A program made the position numbers and the translations under genes. Shown here in pieces: positions 18,047 to 28,400 of a stretch of 64,000 nt of DNA (position 1 is the first letter of the stretch; each line of letters opens with the position of its first letter). This DNA is from an uncultured bacterium (GTDB lineage Bacteria > Bacillota_I > Bacilli_A > RFN20 > CAG-826), in NCBI GenBank assembly GCA_949297805.1, contig CASFTG010000003.1, positions 3,996 to 67,995 of the forward strand, read 5' to 3'. The notes beneath the pieces were generated by a model, which saw only the letters and a program-made list of their open reading frames with translations, was not told where the DNA came from and made no database searches.

Positions 18047-19555
18047 TTAGGGTCGCGAAAATATAGATTTGATTTTAGATACGCTTTGGCGAAGCGTTTG
18101 AATCACAAAAGAATCTTTAAGAATAATCTCTGATATTCCGTAGATGATTATTCCGAGAAAAATTGCCGTGAAGGTTACAACCCACGATAAAAGCGTTGAA
18201 TCTCCAAATGGCATATATGTGCAATACAAAAATACTCCGGCAAACATTAGTAACGAGCTTATCAAAGGCTTGATCATGTGGATATAAATAATCTTAGGAT
18301 TCATATGCCCGCGGGAGAAATAGAGCAATAGTGGTATTTGGATGATTTCTGCGGACAATTTGCCGATAGCGGCCCCATACGATTTTACGAATGGGATGGT
18401 GCAGCAGCAGATCACGATATTGCCAAAGCTAGAGATAAAGATACACATTGTCTGGGTCCAAACTTTATCCGCCGGTCGGTAATACATATCTCCATAAAGG
18501 CCGTTTAAGGCCGAAAGGACTATCACTGGGGCCATGACGTACACTAAATAGGTAGATTTTTGAAAATCCGGGCCAAAAAAGTCTGGAACGAAATTGCCGG
18601 CTATTGCGATTAAGCCAAAGCAAACCGGTAGGCTAAAAACCCAGAATGTATGGAATATTTTCTCTTTTTCTAATTCGATCTCTTCTTCGTTTCCTGTTTG
18701 CAGGAGATATGAGAATCTGGCTAACACGATTGTGGTCAGGGAACCAACCAACATGCTTAAGATTTGAACGATGCTAACGGCTTGACTGTAATAGCCGCTT
18801 TCATCGCCTTCATAGCCAAACAATCCCAATAACGTCGCATTTAGCGAGGTGAACAAGGTTACAGCAACGGTTGGAACAAAATAGCCAAATGATTTTTTAA
18901 TGACTAATACAAGATCGTTCTTGTTAGGTTTTATCAACGAAACTTCGCCTTTGATTAGACCAAAATATAATATGGCGGCTGAGATAAATTGGCTTCCGCA
19001 GTAAATTGTCATATAAATCGGAAGGTCGTTTTCCGTTTTTACCAGAACAAATATCAATATTGCCGATATGATTCTCACAATCATATTGCGGATGCTGACT
19101 GATACGAAATTTTCCTTGCCTTGAAAATAAAAGACTGGGTCGATGGCGGCAGCAAATATATTCAACGAAAGAATGCCAAACAGCAGCAAGGCTTGCTGAT
19201 CTGACCGGAAAATCGGGAAGATGGTGCAGAGATAGATAGCAACTGTAATAAAACCAAAACCTGATTTTGCAATCATTATGGAGAAAAAGCGTTTGCTTCT
19301 CTCAACTTTATCGGTTTGGGCGGTAGATATGAATTGAATTCCAAAAGTGGCGAATCCGAAAGAAGCAAATAGAACGAAATAGTTAACGATTGAGGAATAA
19401 TAGGATTGGATGCCTAGGTTTTCCGGCCCCAGTACCCGGCTGATGTAGGGGGAAGTGATGAAGGGGACGAGCAACGAAAGAACGCTATAAAGAGCATTGA
19501 AAATGGCGTTGATCTTGAGAGATTTTGTGTGAAGAAATTTGTATAGTCGGCCCAT
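18047..19555 (-). CDS. wzx: Polysaccharide flippase (Wzx / MOP-family oligosaccharide transporter)
   Basis: 502 aa, about 12-14 TM helices, and a typical N-terminus (…ALYSVLSLLVPFITSPYISRVLGPENLGIQSY…). Confidence 0.75.
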   Translation of the reverse strand: MGRLYKFLHTKSLKINAIFNALYSVLSLLVPFITSPYISRVLGPENLGIQSYYSSIVNYFVLFASFGFATFGIQFISTAQTDKVERSKRFFSIMIAKSGFGFITVAIYLCTIFPIFRSDQQALLLFGILSLNIFAAAIDPVFYFQGKENFVSVSIRNMIVRIISAILIFVLVKTENDLPIYMTIYCGSQFISAAILYFGLIKGEVSLIKPNKNDLVLVIKKSFGYFVPTVAVTLFTSLNATLLGLFGYEGDESGYYSQAVSIVQILSMLVGSLTTIVLARFSYLLQTGNEEEIELEKEKIFHTFWVFSLPVCFGLIAIAGNFVPDFFGPDFQKSTYLVYVMAPVIVLSALNGLYGDMYYRPADKVWTQTMCIFISSFGNIVICCCTIPFVKSYGAAIGKLSAEIIQIPLLLYFSRGHMNPKIIYIHMIKPLISSLLMFAGVFLYCTYMPFGDSTLLSWVVTFTAIFLGIIIYGISEIILKDSFVIQTLRQSVSKIKSIFSRP

Positions 19556-19561
19556 CGCTTA

Positions 19562-20716
19562 TTAACGTTTCATGCACGATTGGTATAAACGTTCGAATTC
19601 TCTAGCGTTGCGTTCGGATGAAAACTTATTGGCCATTGTCTCTGGAACGGCTTTAAGCATATTCGCTATTTTGCTCTTATTGTTTAGGATGTTTTTCAGA
19701 ACACGGGAAAAATCCTCGTAGCTGTTCTGAGCATATAAAAACCCGTTTTTCCCATCCTCAATGATTTCCGCTGATCCTGCTTTGTTCGATGCCATCACGC
19801 ACAAGCCCGATAGTAGCCCTTCGACTGTGACTCTCCCAAAGGCTTCATAAGTGGAATTGACTACTTGAATATCTGCTATTTCGTATTCTGGCCTGACGTC
19901 ATTAAGGGCGCCAACAAAAATAATGTTATCTTGTATTTTGTGTTTTTCGGCAATTTCTTCGATAATCTGTTTCTCTTTTTCCGCGCAAAATCCGACGATT
20001 CGAATTTGAAAGTCTTCAGTGAGAATTCTTTCGTTTACGCAGCGGCCAAGCCAGTCACATATTTCCGCCTGGCCTTTATTTTTTTGAACTCTCCCAATAA
20101 GCAGGAATACTAAATTATCATTCGAAAATATTTCGTGATATGAGCCTCGGTAATATTTTATGTCCAACCCATCAAAAATCGTTTGGAGATTTGTTAATCC
20201 TAGTGATTGATATTTTTCGTGGACGGTTTTGGAAATGGGGACGACATAGGCTGCCTTCGCAAGAGCTTTTTTAGCATACTCTTTGTTGATAAAGCACATT
20301 TTCAACCCTTCTTCCAAAAGTTCCTGAATTTGCCAAACTACTGGTATGCCAAGATTTTCTGCCGCGCAACCAAAAGCATAACACCAAGAGGTGTTAATGT
20401 GGACGACGTCGGGCTTAAACTCTTTTATTGCTTTGGTTGCTGCTTCTAAATCAGACGACCTTTTTAAATAAAATCTAAGAATGGGCTTAATTTTGGATTT
20501 GATTTTTAAAAATCCTTTTGGCATAACCCAATCGTGCGATTTCACCAGTTGCCAGTCTAGCTTATTTTCAATGAGTAGTTTGGTTCCATCGCCTTCATAG
20601 GGTACTGTGACTCTTACTTCATGGCCAAATTCTTTAAGGTGTACTGCCAATTTGACCATGCAAAGGAAAGCGCCGGATGAACTATTATTATCTGAAGAGC
20701 AAATTAATATTCTCAT
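19562..20716 (-). CDS. Glycosyltransferase family 4
   Basis: GT-B fold: MRILICSSDNNSSSGAF… N-domain and a C-terminal E-x7-E-type region (…FGRVTVEGLLSGLCVMASNKAGSAEII…). Confidence 0.8.
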   Translation of the reverse strand: MRILICSSDNNSSSGAFLCMVKLAVHLKEFGHEVRVTVPYEGDGTKLLIENKLDWQLVKSHDWVMPKGFLKIKSKIKPILRFYLKRSSDLEAATKAIKEFKPDVVHINTSWCYAFGCAAENLGIPVVWQIQELLEEGLKMCFINKEYAKKALAKAAYVVPISKTVHEKYQSLGLTNLQTIFDGLDIKYYRGSYHEIFSNDNLVFLLIGRVQKNKGQAEICDWLGRCVNERILTEDFQIRIVGFCAEKEKQIIEEIAEKHKIQDNIIFVGALNDVRPEYEIADIQVVNSTYEAFGRVTVEGLLSGLCVMASNKAGSAEIIEDGKNGFLYAQNSYEDFSRVLKNILNNKSKIANMLKAVPETMANKFSSERNAREFERLYQSCMKR

Positions 20717-21062
20717 AGATTGAATCCTATCACAGATTTTCTATTGTTTTCTAACTATCAATATGCTGTGCAAATGCTGCACGCTAAGATAAATACGATT
20801 TTCTAACATAGGGCGGGAAATTGGCCGGTTCTCATCGGCTTCATAGCGAATAATAACATCTTTCTTTCGCTTAATCACTTCAGTCCAACTTTGTACTGCG
20901 TCTAGTATTGGAGTTTCTATGAGTTTTGCCAAGTATTAGGCTTATTAAGGGAGACGCTTAAGTCCGTATTTTCTTTGGATTCAGGCGCTTGTTATGGTTT
21001 TGACTTCGCAATTAAACGCTAGCAGGGTATCGACCGGCGAAATTTGTTTGATTTAAAGGCGC

Positions 21063-21200
21063 AATCAATCAATGTATAGTTTTGTCGTGTCTAGAGGAAG
21101 TAAGCAATGAACGATTACGGGCCCGTTACATCATCTCTTTGCATAACTTTTGCCGGTTCCTTAATAACGCCATCGGCATTAATTGGTTCACGCGGTTGCA
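21063..21200 (+). pseudogene. Decayed duplicate of the promoter-proximal region plus first ~20 codons of the GT2 gene at 17252 (gene fragment)
   Basis: Near-identical string TCAATCAATGTATAGTTTTGTCGTG(C/T)CTA(A/G)AGGAAG(A/T)AAGCAATGAACGATTA(T/C)GG… appears at 17211-17290 and 21063-21150. The downstream similarity (…GCCGGTTCCTTAAT(G/A)(C/A)CGCC(G/A)TCGG) carries indels that break the frame. Confidence 0.65.
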
Positions 21201-21274
21201 TTGTTTGTTCTCTAGGGGCGTTTGCGTCTTTTGGAAGCGCAAGAATGTCTAGCGAAATCACAGGATAGTCATTT

Positions 21275-21886
21275 ATGAATATGCCTAATATTTCTAAAAT
21301 TAAGACCAAAGCCGATTTGAAATCGGTTCTTGCATACGAGGAACCTTTATATGGGAACCGGTCTCCGTATTTGTACCGGCCAGTAATGTCCGAACAAGGA
21401 ATCGCCTGGAAAATTGTTTGTTTGTTGAGATATCACGAATATCATCTTAATAACGGACATAAGCTCAGGGCGACGTTTTATCGATTCCTACGGAAGAGAA
21501 TGGAACTTAAATATGGGGTTACCATTCCAACCAACGTCGTAGGGCCTGGATTATTGATGTTTCATCCGAGAAACATAATGATTAACGCGGCCAAATGCGG
21601 GAGTAATCTATCGATTCAATTCAACACCTCTCTTGTTGCCGGCGGTCATGATGGCTCAATCCCTGTTTTAGGAAATGACGTTACCATCGGCGTCGGATCG
21701 ACTATCCTTGGGGGGGTCAATATAGCCGACGGGATTGCCATTGGCGCCAACTCAATGGTCAACAAGTCTTTTGCAGACAAGAATATTTGCATTGCTGGTT
21801 CGCCGGCGAAAAAGATATCCGACAACGGCTCTTTCTCTTGGGGCGGGTCGGTGATGAACGTTTTAAAATCTAAGAAAAATAAATAG
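21275..21886 (+). CDS. Hexapeptide-repeat acyl/acetyltransferase (serine O-acetyltransferase-like sugar O-acetyltransferase)
   Basis: Left-handed beta-helix repeats (…VGPGLLMFHPRNIMINAAKCGSNLSIQFNTSLVAGGHDGSIPVLGNDVTIGVGSTILGGVNIADGIAIGANSMV…). Confidence 0.75.
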   Translation: MNMPNISKIKTKADLKSVLAYEEPLYGNRSPYLYRPVMSEQGIAWKIVCLLRYHEYHLNNGHKLRATFYRFLRKRMELKYGVTIPTNVVGPGLLMFHPRNIMINAAKCGSNLSIQFNTSLVAGGHDGSIPVLGNDVTIGVGSTILGGVNIADGIAIGANSMVNKSFADKNICIAGSPAKKISDNGSFSWGGSVMNVLKSKKNK

Positions 21887-21898
21887 GAGCGGTTAAAT

Positions 21899-22675
21899 AT
21901 GAAGGTCGTAATTCTTGCTGGCGGCTATGGGACGCGAATCTCCGAAGAATCGCATTTGAAGCCCAAGCCGATGATAGAAATCGGCGAGATGCCCATCATG
22001 GTCCATATAATGAAAATTTATGCGGCCCAAGGCTTCAAAGATTTTGTCATTTGTGCCGGATACAAGCAAAAGGTCATCAAGGAATATTTCGCCAATTATT
22101 ATTTGTATTGCCACGACGTTGTTTTTAACTTAGGTGACAATTCAGTTGAAACCATCAACAAATCGGATGATGACGATTGGAAGGTAACGGTTGTTGATAC
22201 TGGCCTAAACACCCAAACCGGCGGCCGGATTAAACGAATTCAGAAGTTCATCGGCGATGAGCCGTTTATGTTGACCTATGGTGATGCCGTTGGTGACGTT
22301 AATTTAAAGGCCCTATTGAACGAGCATAGGCTGTCTGGCAAAAAAGGGACGATGTCCGTCTATAATTTTGGGCAAGCCAAAGGTATTGTCGATATTGATG
22401 ACAAAGGAAATGTCAAAGCCTTTAGGGAAAAGTCGAATCTAGACGGAGATCTCATTAATATCGGTTTTATGGTCCTCGAACCATATATATTCGATTTGAT
22501 TGATGGCGATGATTGTGTCTTGGAGACCGGCCCCTTGAAGAAAATGGCTGATGCCGGTCAATTGGGTGCTTATGTCCATAAAGGATTTTGGCAATGCATG
22601 GACACTATGCGGGAAAAGAACAAGTTGGAGGAACTTTGGTCCTCAAGCAATCCCCCGTGGAAGATATGGAGGTAA
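21899..22675 (+). CDS. rfbF: Glucose-1-phosphate cytidylyltransferase
   Basis: MKVVILAGGYGTRISEESHLKPKPMIEIGEMPIMVHIMKIYAAQGFKDFVICAGYKQ is a near-canonical RfbF/DdhA N-terminus. Total 258 aa. Confidence 0.9.
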   Translation: MKVVILAGGYGTRISEESHLKPKPMIEIGEMPIMVHIMKIYAAQGFKDFVICAGYKQKVIKEYFANYYLYCHDVVFNLGDNSVETINKSDDDDWKVTVVDTGLNTQTGGRIKRIQKFIGDEPFMLTYGDAVGDVNLKALLNEHRLSGKKGTMSVYNFGQAKGIVDIDDKGNVKAFREKSNLDGDLINIGFMVLEPYIFDLIDGDDCVLETGPLKKMADAGQLGAYVHKGFWQCMDTMREKNKLEELWSSSNPPWKIWR

Positions 22676-22682
22676 TCATTCG

Positions 22683-23792
22683 ATGAGTCTGCTACTGGAT
22701 TTTTACAAAGACAAGACCGTTTTGGTGACTGGACATACTGGTTTTAAAGGTTCTTGGCTATGTGAGGTATTACTGTCGGCCGGGGCAAAAGTTGTTGGAT
22801 ATTCATTAAAGGCGCCGACCGATCCTAATTTGTTTGGATTGCTTAATTTAGAAAACCGGATCAACAGCGTTATAGGCGATATTAGGAACTTCGATAAACT
22901 GAAGCAAACTTTCGATGAGCATCAACCGGATATCGTTTTTCATTTAGCAGCTCAGCCGATCGTTATTGATTCGTATAAAGAGCCACGCTACACCTTCGAT
23001 ACCAATGTTATGGGGACTGTTAATGTCCTTGAATGCATAAGATTGTGCCCTTCCGTCAAATCATTTGTAAACATAACGACTGATAAGGTTTACGAAAATA
23101 ACGATTTGTATGACCACCGGTTTAAAGAAGACGAGAAATTAGACGGATACGACCCTTATTCGAATAGTAAATCCTGTTCAGAACTGGTAACTCATTCCTA
23201 TAAACGGTCTTTCTTCAACTATCCAGGAGCATGTGCGATTAGCACCGCTAGGGCAGGAAACGTGATTGGCGGTGGAGATTTCAGCCCGCATCGAATTCTC
23301 GTCGATGCCGTAAACTCGGCCCTCGATGGGGGGAAATTGGTTGTTAGAAACAAAAACTCAACCCGTCCTTACCAGTTCGTTTTGGAAGCTCTGTTTGTAT
23401 ATTTGCTGATTGCCGCCAAACAGTATCGAGAAGAAAAATACGCTGGATATTACAATGTCGGGCCAGATAAATCTGATGCGATTTCCAATGGTGACTTGGC
23501 AACTATTTTTTGCCAAGCCTGGGGCGAAGACATGGGTTGGATTGACCGCAGTGATCCTAGTGCCCCTCACGAATCGGCTTATTTGGCGCTTGATAACACT
23601 TTGCTAAAGCAGACGTTTAATTGGGCTCCTGCTATGCATGTTCAAGAAGCGGTATTATGGGTTGTCGAATGGGCTAAATGCTATGAGTCTGGTTCTAACA
23701 TCCGAACTTTGGTTGATAAACAAATTTTGACTTATGACAAAATTTTCGAGGATATGTTATGCAAAAATGGAAATTCCAAGAATTATCTTTGA
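22683..23792 (+). CDS. rfbG: CDP-glucose 4,6-dehydratase
   Basis: SDR extended fold. It has TGHTGFKGSWL (Rossmann GxxGxxG) and a YSNSK catalytic motif (YxxxK). Length about 370 aa. Confidence 0.85.
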   Translation: MSLLLDFYKDKTVLVTGHTGFKGSWLCEVLLSAGAKVVGYSLKAPTDPNLFGLLNLENRINSVIGDIRNFDKLKQTFDEHQPDIVFHLAAQPIVIDSYKEPRYTFDTNVMGTVNVLECIRLCPSVKSFVNITTDKVYENNDLYDHRFKEDEKLDGYDPYSNSKSCSELVTHSYKRSFFNYPGACAISTARAGNVIGGGDFSPHRILVDAVNSALDGGKLVVRNKNSTRPYQFVLEALFVYLLIAAKQYREEKYAGYYNVGPDKSDAISNGDLATIFCQAWGEDMGWIDRSDPSAPHESAYLALDNTLLKQTFNWAPAMHVQEAVLWVVEWAKCYESGSNIRTLVDKQILTYDKIFEDMLCKNGNSKNYL

Positions 23793-24325
23793 AGGGTGCC
23801 TATCTGATTGATGCTTTTTTTGCTCCCGATTTACGCGGTGGATTCTGCAAGGATTATTCTGAGGAAATATTTTGCCGGTTTGGCATCAATCACCCTCTTA
23901 AAGAAGTTTTTTATACCTATTCTCATAAAGGAGTGATTCGAGCCCTTCATTTTCAAAGAGTGTATCAGCAGGCTAAACTGGTTCGCTGCGTAAAAGGACA
24001 TGTGTTTGATGTTATCGTTGACCTTAGGCCTGGTTCACCAACATACAAGAAATGGCTTGGGTTTGATTTGACTGAAGAGAGTCATCAAGAGATTTTGGTT
24101 CCGGAGTACTTTGGCCATGGCTATCTAGTCTTGGAGGATTCCATCGTATCTTATAAATGCGCCGAGAAATTCTACTCGGAATATGACGGCGGGATTAAAT
24201 GGGATGACCCAGATATTGGTGTTCATTGGCCATTGGAAAAAATCGGTGGGCCTGATCATCTGATTTTGGCCGAGAAAGACAAGAATCTTCCTTCTTTCAA
24301 GGAGTTCCTTTCTTTGGATTTTTAA
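23759..24325 (+). CDS. RmlC-like cupin sugar-nucleotide 3,5-epimerase (dTDP-4-dehydrorhamnose 3,5-epimerase family)
   Basis: …FFAPDLRGGFCKDYSEE…RALHFQ…AKLVRCVKGHVFDVIVDLRPGSPTYKKW… (RmlC fold). It overlaps the rfbG end by 34 nt. Confidence 0.75.
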   Translation: MQKWKFQELSLKGAYLIDAFFAPDLRGGFCKDYSEEIFCRFGINHPLKEVFYTYSHKGVIRALHFQRVYQQAKLVRCVKGHVFDVIVDLRPGSPTYKKWLGFDLTEESHQEILVPEYFGHGYLVLEDSIVSYKCAEKFYSEYDGGIKWDDPDIGVHWPLEKIGGPDHLILAEKDKNLPSFKEFLSLDF

Positions 24326-24326
24326 C

Positions 24327-25394
24327 ATGCGCGTCCTGGAAGTAATAAATAGTTTGGGCACCGTTGGTGGGTCGGAGAATTTCGCCGTCAACTTCTGCAA
24401 GTATCTGAGTAGGCAAAGCGATATATATGTCTGCATCCTGTATTCGAAAAACGACGAGAGTTTGCTTGGCCGGCTCTTTCAAAGCATTGGTCATGATCGG
24501 GTCTTTATCTTAAACAAGACCGGCAGCTTTGATTTGAAAATCGCCAAGCAGATCAGAACTATAATAAAAACCTACGATATTCAAGTCGTTCATACTGAGA
24601 ACGATGCTTTGATTTCGACCTATCTAGCCGTGTTCCCGTTGTCTAAAAGGCCGAAGATTGTTCATACTCTCCACAATCCGCCCGATAAGGAATGTCAAAG
24701 TAGAATCAAGCGACTGATATACAAGCGTTTATTTAAAAAAGGCGTTGTCCATCCTGTTGCAATAACCAATGATATGGCTAAGGCGACTGAGAAATTTTAT
24801 AAACTTCAAAATGTTCCGTCGATACAAAACGGTGTTGATTTAGAAGTTTATACTGCCGGTCAGGCCTTGAACAAGCGAGGAAAAGATTGCACCATCTTGG
24901 CTCGTTTAACCGACCAAAAGAATTATCCTTTCGTATTGAATGTTTTCAGAAAAGTTCACGATTTGATTCCGCTTGCTAATTTCTTTATTTATGGCGATGG
25001 CGAATTAAAGGAATGGTTGTTAAGTGAGATCGAAGGCCTCGATTATATTCATTATGAAGGTATTACCAATCAATCTTTTGCAGTTTTGCAGGATTCAAAA
25101 ATCTTCTTTTTGGGTTCTAAGTACGAAGGCAATCCTATGTCAATCTGGGAAGCCATGGCTACTGGATGCATTTGTGTTGTTCCAAACATTAATGGATTGG
25201 ACGAGATTATCGGTAGAGATGCCGGATTTGTTTTAGAGGCTGGCAACGTCGATTTGTTTGCTGCGAAAATCGCCGAGATTCTTCAACGTCCTGAATATTT
25301 TATTAATATGCAGGGAAAAGCAATTGCTAAAGCTTCGCAGAATTCGTTTGAAAACGTTTGCAATCTGTATATGCAACAATTTGAGAAAGCATAA
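24327..25394 (+). CDS. Glycosyltransferase family 4
   Basis: GT-B fold, 355 aa, with MRVLEVINSLGTVGGSENFAVNF… and a C-terminal EGNPMSIWEAMATGCICV motif. Confidence 0.8.
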   Translation: MRVLEVINSLGTVGGSENFAVNFCKYLSRQSDIYVCILYSKNDESLLGRLFQSIGHDRVFILNKTGSFDLKIAKQIRTIIKTYDIQVVHTENDALISTYLAVFPLSKRPKIVHTLHNPPDKECQSRIKRLIYKRLFKKGVVHPVAITNDMAKATEKFYKLQNVPSIQNGVDLEVYTAGQALNKRGKDCTILARLTDQKNYPFVLNVFRKVHDLIPLANFFIYGDGELKEWLLSEIEGLDYIHYEGITNQSFAVLQDSKIFFLGSKYEGNPMSIWEAMATGCICVVPNINGLDEIIGRDAGFVLEAGNVDLFAAKIAEILQRPEYFINMQGKAIAKASQNSFENVCNLYMQQFEKA

Positions 25395-25438
25395 CGCTGC
25401 TTGACGGCCTCCCTTCTATAAGAGAAAAAAGGCGAGTT

Positions 25439-28400
25439 TTGATAGGACTTCCCACTGCAACCCTAGCCTTTAGGCTATATAATTTCCTCGCTATGCCAAT
25501 CGACCAACTCAATAATCCAACTTCTAGTGACAAGATCTACCTTGATATCGAATCCTCTAAGTCCATCTGCTACGTTAACTATCGGGCGGAGAAACTGATC
25601 AAGATCCGCCGTTCTTCCAGTAAGTCCAATATCTTTTCCTTTATCAAGCGGATCTCGATCAAGAACTTCACCGATAAGGATGTCTATAACGCCTATCTCC
25701 ATTTCAACTTCCATTCCGAATCCATCGCCATCGATGATGTCCCTCTTTCGTGCTTGCAAGCCCACAAGATAACCACGGTCGATAGCTTTAACCTGATTCT
25801 TGATCCGAAGTATCTTTATGACCTATCGGAGGTCGAAGCCTTAACCGTTTCTATTTCTCTGATTGGCGAAGACAACGAAACCATCGAATCCAAGAACATC
25901 GATATCCGGTTATTGCCCATCGCCCAATCAGCCGGCGAGGACTTCGTTCCCGAATCGATTGCCTCTTTCATCACGCCCAATGACGATGAGGTTCAAGAGT
26001 TGGCTAATAAAGCCGCCTATATCATGGAGGATAAGTATCAGACTTCTTCTTTCGTTGGTTATCAGACTCATGATCCCGAAACCGTCATGCATGAGTTGGA
26101 TGCCTTATACCTAGCCCTCCAACAATCGGGTATCCATTATTCCAATCCCCCGGCCTCTTTCGAAAAGACTTTCCAAAGAGTCCGGATGCCGAAAGATGTC
26201 ATTAACGATAAGACTGCCACCTGCTTAGATTTCTCTTTGCTATTTGCCTCTTTATGTGAAGCGGTAGGGCTAAATCCCTTACTTATCGTTTTGAATGACC
26301 ATGCCTATAACGGGGTCTGGTTAGAGAACCTCCATTATCCGAATGCCATCTTCGATAACCTGACTGTTTTATCTAACGATTGTTCGGATACCGATCGCCG
26401 GATGGTCTTAATCGATTCGACCAATGCGGCCTCGGGATCGGATATCAACTTCCAGGCGTCTTTATCGAAGGCGGCTGCCTTACTTAACGTTGGCAAATTC
26501 GATTACTGCCTTGACGTTAAGACCGCTCGTCTCGACTATATCCTCCCTTTGCCGACCCCTCATACGGTTAATGGCAAGACCGAGGTTAATTATGATGACA
26601 CCATCGGGACTGAATACGATGTCCCGACCGTTGCTCCTTCCTCTGGGTCATTGTCTTTAGAGTCCAAAGGCAATAAGACTAAGTTCGATGTTTGGGAAGA
26701 GAACCTATTGGATTTGGAGATGAGCAATAACCTCATCAACCATAAGATCGGGGCCTCCTCCGTTCAATTAGGTGCGGACGATGTCTTCGATTTCTATTCC
26801 CGAGCTAAAGACATCGATAAGTTAAGCGTTATCCCCGACAATGATCTAAAGGCCGAGGACCTTAAGCATTTCCTCGCCTTCCAATTTTCCATTGAGGATA
26901 AGAAACGGTTCAAAGGGGCCTTTGCTTCAAAAAGGGTCTATGCCTTCAATAAGAAGGGAGAGACCGAGGATACATTGATATCTTTAGCCCGGAAGGCCTC
27001 GACCCAAATCGAGGAAAGCGGGTGTAACCCTCTCTTTTTAACTCTCGGTATGGTCCATTGGTATGACAATAACTTATCCAAGCAGACCATCGCTGCCCCG
27101 ATTATTTTGATCCCGGCCTCCATGCCCAAGCGGCGTTCGGGTCCCTATTTCTCCTTAGAACTCGACTTTGATTCGGCCCAGGTCAATGCCGCGGCCTTTG
27201 AATACTTCCGTCGGGCCTTCGATATGGACTTCTCCGAGCTCGATGGTTTCTTCGACACTGAACGTTCGGTCGATGATTTAAAGAAACTATTCAATACCAT
27301 CCGAGAAAAGATTGCTTCTAAAGGCAACTGGATGGTCGATGATACGACTGTAACTTTATCTTTATTCTCCTTCGCTCACTTCGTCATGTGGAATGACATG
27401 AAGACCCATCGGGATCTATTTATTCAAAATAAAGTCGTGGCTTCGATGGTCCATGGGAAAGAGGAATACGACACCACCCCGAAGGAACTATATGAGAACA
27501 ATCTCGATGATATCATCGCCCCCGATGATTTAGCCGTCCCTTTAAGCGCCGATTCCTCCCAACTATTGGCCATTAAGGCCTCGGATATTGGCCTATCCTT
27601 TGTCCTTGATGGTCCCCCGGGGACCGGCAAGTCCCAGACCATCGCCAACATCATCGTCAACGCGATGTATAAGGGGAAGAAAGTATTGTTCGTCGCGGAA
27701 AAAGAAGTCGCGTTGGATGTCGTCAAGAACCGATTGGATTCTTTGTCCTTGGGTCGTTTCTGCTTACAGATCCATTCGGCCAAAGCCAATAAGAAGGATG
27801 TCTTAGCTCAATTAGGGGAATCCTTAGCCACGGGACAAACTAGATCGGTTGAAGGGTTCAACGATGAGGCTAAGAAGCTAAAGGATGAACGGGATGCCTT
27901 GAACGCGACCTTAAAGGAGATCCACGTAAAGGGCAATTACTTTGTTTCGCCCTATACCGCGTTGATTAAGTACTTAGAGAACGAATCGTCCAAAGGCAAC
28001 TGCGAGGTTTCGTCCGACTATGCCAAGGCCATCGATGAAAAGAAGTATAACGAAGCCATCTCAACCATCGAGGATATTGTCGTTCTCGGCCATAACGTCA
28101 ATGGGTATTATGGCAGCCCCTTCATCTATTATGGCTGCCGGGATTACTCGTTGGATTTAAGAGAACAATTCCAAGAACGGTTGCCATCCTTGATCGCCGC
28201 CTTGGAATCGTTCTCGGCTGCTTATACCTCCTTATCCAAGAAGATCGGCTTTGGGATGAAGTTATCGAAGAACAACGCCAATCGCTTGGTTTATATCCTG
28301 AATCTGATCAAGGCCGATCCGAAGTTGTTCTTCCCCGACTTAATCGAAGGGGGAACGATCCTTAACGAGACAGTTAACATCAAATCCTATTTCGATGGGT

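Noticed and set aside
20741-20932. 63-aa minus-strand ORF downstream of the GT4 start region
   Set aside because: No RBS and no motif. It lies in the divergent promoter/scar region containing the duplicated GT2 fragment, so it is probably not a gene.
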